DNA of 10,358 bases from an uncultured delta proteobacterium. GTDB lineage: Bacteria; Desulfobacterota; Desulfuromonadia; Desulfuromonadales; BM103. The DNA lies in assembly GCA_963715335.1 (NCBI GenBank), contig CAVQRZ010000011.1, positions 1 to 10,358 on the forward strand, in the 5' to 3' direction. The notes below the pieces were generated by a model. That model searched no databases, was not told the DNA's origin, and worked only from the letters and a program-made list of their open reading frames with translations. Below are positions 1 to 5,050 of this stretch, piece after piece; the first letter of the stretch is position 1, and each line of letters opens with the position of its first letter. The position numbers and the translations under genes are program-made.

Positions 1-470
1 TCCAGGGTGCCGAGATCGAAATCGTTTTGCAGAAACCTGGCATACTCCTCTGCCGCCAGGCCGGCCTCGAGCCTGAACGCAGCAGGCTGTGGTGCCTCGA
101 GCGGCATATTGTCGATGGAAGGATTGATCGCCAGGTCGGTTGCGAGATCCCAGGTCAGGCGATGACATCCGCGCCCCCGTACGGGGTGCAGATGCAGCAG
201 GTGCTTGATGGCATGCTCCAGCAGCGCCTGCTGCTCTTTGGGGTGGAATTCGTCAAATTGCCGAGGGTCGACATTGAGGGTTGGGGTGCCGTTGACTACC
301 GTGACACCGATCGCATGGGCCCCGTCAGCAAGACGACGACGGAACCCCAGCAACAGGTGCCCGTAAAAGGGTTTACGCTTGAGCAGGCGGACCACCGCAT
401 TTTCCAGAGCCCGCTGCGGGTTCTCGGCTGTTTCGATTCGTTTGGGGAATTCCAGAAGTTCAGCATTCAT
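1..470 (-). CDS. DUF2201-family putative metallopeptidase (N-terminal domain; usually followed by a VWA-like domain), partial, runs off the left edge
   Basis: Manual translation from ATG at 470: MNAELLEFPKRIETAENPQRALENAVVRLLKRKPFYGHLLLGF...TPTLNVDPRQFDEFHPKEQQALLEHAIKHLLHLHPVRG...TWDLATDLAINPSI...GLAAEEY. It is open for 156 codons to the edge. The PFYG, H-x3-H-x4-H-x2-R, WxLAxDLAIN and GLxAEEY blocks are typical of DUF2201 N domains, which are usually encoded right after a MoxR-like ATPase, as here. Confidence 0.85.
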   Translation of the reverse strand, partial: MNAELLEFPKRIETAENPQRALENAVVRLLKRKPFYGHLLLGFRRRLADGAHAIGVTVVNGTPTLNVDPRQFDEFHPKEQQALLEHAIKHLLHLHPVRGRGCHRLTWDLATDLAINPSIDNMPLEAPQPAAFRLEAGLAAEEYARFLQNDFDLGTL

Positions 471-477
471 GGGATAA

Positions 478-548
478 CGTGGCGTGTGGCGGGTAGCGCG
501 TGGCGAGATAATTCAAAAGCTTTTTCGCGCGACTCGCCACGCGCCACG
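478..548. repeat. Imperfect palindrome built from heptamer repeats (NGTGGCG-type x4 facing CGCCACG-type x3)
   Basis: Left arm: cgtggcg-tgtggcg-ggtagcg-cgtggcg (478-505). Right arm: cgcgact-cgccacg-cgccacg (528-548). 478-500 matches the reverse complement of 526-548 at 20/23 positions. The spacer contains the perfect palindrome AAAAGCTTTT (515-524). Confidence 0.85.
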
Positions 549-552
549 GCAG

Positions 553-1614
553 TTAAGATGCTTCCCGGCTGATCGTTTCGATCGCTTCCAGAACGACGTC
601 ATCATAATCATCTTTGCACAGGACCTCGGCGACCCTGGGGATCTTGATCAGCGCCTTGACCAGGCCGAAACGCAGATCGCGCGGCAACGAACCGATATAG
701 GCGACCAGGTTCTGCTCCTGCTCAAGGGACATAACCGGATCGACATCGAGCGTCGTCACGACATCGTTGAGGGTCACGGCCTGCAGATCGTCACGTTGGC
801 TGCGGACTAGCTCTCCAACCTCCGGCCAGTTGTCGAGGAGCTGACGGGCGGTCACCGGCCGCTCCTTCTGCTCGTTGGTCCAGCGCAGGAAGCTGATCGC
901 AGCCGCCTGGCCGACGATCCCGGCATAAATCTCCATCTCCAGGTCTGCTGGAAAACGGCACAAGCGGCGCAGCGTGCTGACCATCTCCCAGGCCCGCTCG
1001 GTCGGCTCAACCTGCATGTCGATCGGCGAACCGGGTTTGGCGAGCAGGTTCGGGTAAACGGCAAGGAATTGCTGGACGCCATCATCAAAGTGCTGTTCCC
1101 GGGCATAGCGGGCCCAGCAGTTGTAATCGGTTTCCACGTAGATCATGACCATCCGGTCGAGCAGGGCACGGTCCAGGGTTGCCACCTGGTAGCTGCCATC
1201 CGGCGGGTTGATCGACACGACAACTTTATGCTTCTGGTGCAGGGTGTGGGTATGCAGACGGCGCTGCTGGTTCTCGACCGGCGGCTCGACAAACTGGAAG
1301 ATCGCCTGCAGGGTGTCTTCCTGTTGCGCCCGGTTCAGTTCATCACAGTGAACGATCGTCTCGGCGGCATCATCGGCCGGCCACCATGACGGCCTCGACC
1401 AGTGCATGATCTTCTCGTCACGATACGGGATGCCGACCAGGTCGCCGACTTCCATCTGGCCAAGCCGCAGGGCAACATAGTCGCGGCCAATTTCCCGGCA
1501 AACCTGCACGATACCGGCACTTTTACCGACGCCACGGTGGCCGACCACGCAGGGCGTCAGGTCGGTTTTGGTGAGAATTTCAGCGAGCACCTGCTTCATC
1601 TGGGTGATATTCAT
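553..1614 (-). CDS. MoxR-like AAA+ ATPase (AAA_5-type), partner of the DUF2201/VWA protein
   Basis: 353-aa ORF with Walker A GHRGVGKS (1542-1519), a DLVGIP motif, Walker B IVHCDE followed by LNRA (1356-1339), sensor-1 SINPP, Arg finger ALLDRM and a PTERAWE motif. GAGG RBS at 1623-1620. Confidence 0.9.
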   Translation of the reverse strand: MNITQMKQVLAEILTKTDLTPCVVGHRGVGKSAGIVQVCREIGRDYVALRLGQMEVGDLVGIPYRDEKIMHWSRPSWWPADDAAETIVHCDELNRAQQEDTLQAIFQFVEPPVENQQRRLHTHTLHQKHKVVVSINPPDGSYQVATLDRALLDRMVMIYVETDYNCWARYAREQHFDDGVQQFLAVYPNLLAKPGSPIDMQVEPTERAWEMVSTLRRLCRFPADLEMEIYAGIVGQAAAISFLRWTNEQKERPVTARQLLDNWPEVGELVRSQRDDLQAVTLNDVVTTLDVDPVMSLEQEQNLVAYIGSLPRDLRFGLVKALIKIPRVAEVLCKDDYDDVVLEAIETISREAS

Positions 1615-1934
1615 ATCAACCTCGACTGAGATTTATTCGTTTTGCACACAACAAGGCCCAAAGTGTTGAACGCCTTTGAACCGGCAATGAACCCTTCTGA
1701 CGGCAAAGATAACTCTGCGAGTCAACTTTGACACCATACAGCAATCCGCATATTAAAGTCCATGCCTGGCCTTTTTGTCCACCGGCAAAATCTCTTGCTT
1801 GGGAAACCTCAATCTGGTTCAAAAGTTTGCACAAGTGACCGTTATGATATAAACATTAACAAGGTTAGATGTCGATTGACAAACCATGGATTCCGATACA
1901 CCGTCTGTCACCCCAGTCTAAGGAGATTGATTTC

Positions 1935-2870
1935 ATGAGGGAACTGAGCACGCCAGGCAACAAACCGGCCGTTGCCGCGGGGCAGGGATTGTCCAGATAC
2001 AGGTGCTACATAACCGTTGGCCTGATCCTGACTCTGCTCATGCTTACGGGCTGCGCAACGGGGAAAAAGACCTCCAGCATGGTGTTGACCCCGGTCACCG
2101 ACACGCCCACCGGGATACATCACCAGGGGAAATTCGTCTGGAATGACCTGCTGACCGACGATGTGGAGACCGCCAAGGACTTTTACGGCCAGTTGTTCGG
2201 CTGGACTTTTACGCAACTGGGCCGCTACACGGTCGTGCAGAGCGAAGGTCGAAGTATCGGTGGCATGGTTGAGCTCAAAGCGGATCCGGAAAAACCGAGT
2301 GCTGCACGCTGGCTCTGTACCCTTTCCGTTGATGATGTGGACGCTGCCGTCGCACTGGTCAAGAGCGAAGGGGGGACGGTCAATGAGGGGCCACTGGAGC
2401 TGCTGAATCGCGGCAGAGGCGCACTGGTCAGAGATCCGCAGGGAGCGCAGCTGTTACTGCTGCACGCGAAAGAGGGGGACCCGGATGATGAAGAGCCGGC
2501 CATGATGTCCTGGCTGTGGCACGAGCTCTGGAGCAATAACGCCGAGGCCTCGCTGGCTTTTTACCAAAAGCTCGCCGGATACGATTATGAAGGAGATGCG
2601 ACCGACTACCTGATCCTGACCAGAGAAGATCAGTGGCGGGCAGGCATCCGCTTCATTGATGACAGTGAACTCGAAATGCGCTGGGTGCCGGTTGTCCGCG
2701 TCGTCGATACCGAGGCTATTGCGGAAAAGGCCGAACAGCTGGGTGGTGAAATTCGCGTCGCACCCCGCCCGACCGAAAGTGGTGGCAGCGTCGCATTACT
2801 GGTTGACCCGTCGGGTGCACGCGTGATTATCCAGAGCTGGACGGCGCCCACCCCTGAGCAGGAGAATTAA
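1935..2870 (+). CDS. VOC (glyoxalase/bleomycin-resistance superfamily, CFP32-like two-module) lipoprotein
   Basis: Two repeated VOC modules: FVWNDLLTDDVETAKDFYGQLFGW...VDDVDAAV...GG...DPQGA and WLWHELWSNNAEASLAFY...LGG...DPSGA. A hydrophobic stretch ends in the lipobox LTGC. Start set at ATG 1935 because AAGGAG lies at 1920-1925; the ORF-track start at 1869 is the less likely alternative. Confidence 0.88.
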   Translation: MRELSTPGNKPAVAAGQGLSRYRCYITVGLILTLLMLTGCATGKKTSSMVLTPVTDTPTGIHHQGKFVWNDLLTDDVETAKDFYGQLFGWTFTQLGRYTVVQSEGRSIGGMVELKADPEKPSAARWLCTLSVDDVDAAVALVKSEGGTVNEGPLELLNRGRGALVRDPQGAQLLLLHAKEGDPDDEEPAMMSWLWHELWSNNAEASLAFYQKLAGYDYEGDATDYLILTREDQWRAGIRFIDDSELEMRWVPVVRVVDTEAIAEKAEQLGGEIRVAPRPTESGGSVALLVDPSGARVIIQSWTAPTPEQEN

Positions 2871-2872
2871 TC

Positions 2873-3271
2873 ATGATGAGATATATAGGATACCTGCTCA
2901 TCGGTGCCATGCTTTCAACGATATTATTGCTGACAGGATGTTCCGGTTCGGGTGGCCGTTCATACTCCTCGGTGGTTTACGGCAGTTACTATGACCCCTA
3001 CCCCGGATGGGGCCACAGAACTGTTTACAATGACTACAGACCGCGCCCTCCTCATTACCGGCCTCCTCCTCCAGGGGACCGGCCTCCTCCAGGGTACCGG
3101 CCTCCTCCGGGGCACAGGCCGCCACCGGGCGGCAGACCGCCGGGTATGGGCCGTCCACCGGGGGGCAGGCCGCCGGGCATTGGCCGTCCACCGGGGGGCA
3201 GACCGCCAGGAGCCAGGCCACCGCGACCGACGCCCAGGCCGTCGCCCAGACCGACGCCACGGAGCAGATAA
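2873..3271 (+). CDS. Small lipoprotein with a Tyr-rich segment and a long Pro/Arg/Gly repeat tail (hypothetical)
   Basis: RBS CAGGAG at 2859-2864 within the end of the upstream gene. Signal peptide MMRYIGYLLIGAMLSTILLLTG-C ends in a lipobox. It is followed by YGSYYDPYPGWG, then RPP(P)G repeats and RPTPRPSPRPTP. A terminator lies downstream. Confidence 0.75.
   Translation: MMRYIGYLLIGAMLSTILLLTGCSGSGGRSYSSVVYGSYYDPYPGWGHRTVYNDYRPRPPHYRPPPPGDRPPPGYRPPPGHRPPPGGRPPGMGRPPGGRPPGIGRPPGGRPPGARPPRPTPRPSPRPTPRSR
3056..3260 (+). repeat. Coding tandem repeats: 18-nt units (xRPPPG) and a 33-nt duplication (GRPPGGRPPGx)
   Basis: accggcctcctccagggt (3078-3095), accggcctcctccggggc (3096-3113) and related units; ggccgtccaccggggggcag occurs at 3149 and 3182. 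Confidence 0.85.
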
Positions 3272-3340
3272 AGAGAACTGTCGCGGGCAGATAGTGAGAT
3301 GGACATCCCGGGGAATACCGGGGGGGGTCTATACAACATC

Positions 3341-3370
3341 AAAGCGCCCCGAAGATTCTCGGGGCGCTTT
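3341..3370. terminator. Probable bidirectional intrinsic terminator
   Basis: Perfect 12-bp inverted repeat aaagcgccccga-agattc-tcggggcgcttt with short A/T tails on both sides. It lies between the converging plus-strand lipoprotein operon and the putative minus-strand small unit. Confidence 0.75.
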
Positions 3371-3375
3371 GCTAA

Positions 3376-3504
3376 TCACTGTTTCTGAGTGACTCCCGTC
3401 GTGGGAATCTTTGTCGGATCACCCGAATGCTGCGATCCTGATTTTAGGTGCATTCAGTTCGATGAGACTTCCCCTAAATGGCCCGGCGGATCAGAGACTG
3501 ACAT
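3376..3504 (-). CDS. Candidate small ORF: 16 aa (MSVSDPPGHLGEVSSN), or 42 aa if the in-frame TGA at 3456-3454 is read through; alternatively part of a structured sRNA
   Basis: Strong RBS AAAGGAGGA (3519-3511) 6 nt before ATG 3504, an upstream extended -10 and a downstream terminator. No family recognised. Confidence 0.4.
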
Positions 3505-3556
3505 AAGTCTTCCTCCTTTGCATTTGCAGGACCTCTTTTGCGATTGAGGTATTTAA

Positions 3557-3586
3557 ACTATACCACAATGGCCGGATAAAAATCCA
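3557..3586 (-). promoter_or_regulatory. Putative sigma70 promoter with extended -10 (TG-G-TATAGT) for the small minus-strand unit
   Basis: The minus strand reads tggatttttatccggccattgTGgTATAGTttaaatacctc. The -10 is at 3562-3557; the -35 candidate is weak. Confidence 0.5.
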
Positions 3587-3727
3587 ACCAGGAAGTTAAT
3601 TTTTCAGAATTTAGACAAAGCCAGCGCGTGATGCGGGAGTTGTTTTTTTTACTTGGTAGATGGAGGTTCTATGAAGCTTGGGGCAACAGAGGATTAATCT
3701 GTTATCCTTGTGCCTTTTCTGAAAGAC

Positions 3728-4139
3728 AGAACCGGCGGGTCGCGTCCCGCCCGACGCCATACTTTTGTCCGGCAACAAAAGTATGCAAAAATGCCTTTCT
3801 CCTTGCGGAGGGCATCTCCTTTGCCGGGTTTCTTTGACTTCAAGGAGCTACTGTGATGGGAATCCGGCCCTGTGTCAAAGGGCCTGACCTTGCCGTGTGA
3901 TTTACCAGGGAAAAGCCAAAACAACCTCTACCGATGCAATCCTCCACAAAAGGAGAGGCTCTCAAGAGCCTCGGCTCCTGCGGGGGAAGCGTAGGCTTCT
4001 GATCGGATAGAACGATCTGCAATTGAGGTCGCCGCCTGACGAGCCAGACATGCCCAGCGCAGCGCAGGCCCTTTTCTGCATACTCTTTTAGGCCAGTAAA
4101 AGAGTATGGCGCCGTCGGGGGGCGCAACCCCCGGATTCT
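3728..4139. mobile_element. Non-coding MITE/REP-like element (~410 bp) with imperfect ~70-bp terminal inverted repeats, each containing two hairpins
   Basis: The left end agaaccggcgggtcgcgtcccgcccgacgccatacttttgtccggcaacaaaagtatgcaaaaatgcct (3728-3796) aligns with the reverse complement of the right end (4066-4139), agaatccgggggttgcgccccccgacggcgccatactcttttactggcctaaaagagtatgcagaaaagggcct. It is intergenic and has no credible ORF. Mobility is inferred, not shown. Confidence 0.7.
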
Positions 4140-4174
4140 GGTTTTGATTCTATCTTTGAATTCCAGAGAACAAT

Positions 4175-4207
4175 AAAAAAGGGCAACAGATGAACCATCT
4201 GTTGCCC
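4175..4207 (-). terminator. Intrinsic terminator of the hydrolase-mlaA operon
   Basis: 12-bp perfect stem gggcaacagatg-aac-catctgttgccc (4181-4207), followed on the minus strand by TTTTTTATT, about 50 nt after the mlaA stop. Confidence 0.9.
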
Positions 4208-4256
4208 CCTCTAACATAAAGTCTGGTTGAACTTAGAGCCGCCAGACTTTTTCTTG

Positions 4257-5036
4257 TTACTTGGCGATCTCAATCTCCCGTTTCGATTTGTAAAGCATGC
4301 GAATCATGTCGTACTCAAACGGCGAACCACTCCGATAGTAACGGAACGACTGCCGGTGGCGCTTATCGACCGCGGCCACTCCATTGAAAACCATGGTCGT
4401 CGTGTCGTCGTCCACCCAGGCCGGCGGGCCGACGACAGAGAAGGCCACAGCATCGGTTACCAGACCGGTGGTGTCACGCAGGTTCGACGGGCCGAAGATC
4501 GGCAGGACGAGATACGGGCCGTCGCCAACCCCGTAACGGCCCAATGTCTGGCCAAAATCCTCGGTCTGGCGCCGCAGCCCTAAATCTGTGGCCGGATCCC
4601 ACAGGCCGGCGATGCCGAGGGTTGTGTTGACCACGAAACGGGCCAGGGTGATCCCGGTCCGCTTGAGTTTCAACTGCAGCAGGTTGTTGGTGAAGTTGTT
4701 GAATTCAAAGACGTTGTCGACGAAGTTCGACACCCGCTTTTCAACGTAGTTGGGGGTGATGAATTCGTAGGTGTTGACCACCGGCAGGTAGAGGAACTTG
4801 TCAAAGTAGTAGTTAAAGGTGTAGGCCCTCCGGTTGAACCCTTCCAGGGGATCATAAACATCGGCGCTGTAGACCACAGTTTCCTTGATGTAGTCCTCGG
4901 CCTTGTGCTTCGGCGGTTCGTAGGCGATGTTCGGATCAACCTTTGGCGTGACGCTGCAGCCGGAAACAACCAGCACCGCCAGCGCGGCCAGGGCGATCAT
5001 CAATATACGCAATTTATGCTCAATGGATTTATACAT
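4257..5036 (-). CDS. mlaA: MlaA/VacJ-family outer-membrane lipoprotein (MlaZ-like by context)
   Basis: Hallmark motifs DPLEGFNRR, RFVVNTTLGIAGLWD and EDFGQTLGRYGVGDGPYLVLPIFGPSNLRD; lipobox VSGC. Start reassigned to ATG 5036 with RBS AAGGGAGG overlapping the upstream stop. Confidence 0.93.
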   Translation of the reverse strand: MYKSIEHKLRILMIALAALAVLVVSGCSVTPKVDPNIAYEPPKHKAEDYIKETVVYSADVYDPLEGFNRRAYTFNYYFDKFLYLPVVNTYEFITPNYVEKRVSNFVDNVFEFNNFTNNLLQLKLKRTGITLARFVVNTTLGIAGLWDPATDLGLRRQTEDFGQTLGRYGVGDGPYLVLPIFGPSNLRDTTGLVTDAVAFSVVGPPAWVDDDTTTMVFNGVAAVDKRHRQSFRYYRSGSPFEYDMIRMLYKSKREIEIAK

Positions 5037-5050
5037 CGGTCTTCCCTCCC

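Noticed and set aside
27..572. 181-aa plus-strand ORF, and the other plus-strand ORFs over 484-1629
   Set aside because: These are antisense shadows of the DUF2201 and ATPase genes, which carry the recognisable motifs.
1783..1831. Two sigma54-like sites (CGGCAAAATCTCTTGCT and TGGTTCAAAAGTTTGCA)
   Set aside because: Both have GG-N11-GC spacing, whereas sigma54 promoters require GG-N10-GC.
1616..1834. 72-aa minus-strand ORF upstream of the ATPase
   Set aside because: TTG start without an RBS, in an AT-richer divergent promoter region, with no recognisable motif.
3056..3260. Possible CRISPR array
   Set aside because: The repeats are contiguous, degenerate, in-frame coding units with no unique spacers, and there are no cas genes.
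2898..3392. Alternative-frame ORFs over the Pro-rich gene (2898-3260, 2952-3392, 3055-3342)
   Set aside because: They are open only because the GC-rich repeat lacks stop codons. The 2873 frame has the RBS and the lipobox.
3371..3560. Known housekeeping RNA (tRNA, 6S, SRP, tmRNA) or c-di-GMP riboswitch
   Set aside because: No cloverleaf or T-loop, no long end-to-end pairing and no recognisable conserved motif. Kept only as an unknown unit.
3628..4217. ORFs 3628-3837, 3694-3924 and 3840-4217 as a possible transposase or small genes
   Set aside because: They cross hairpins, element ends or a terminator, have no convincing RBS, and show no DDE or HUH motifs.
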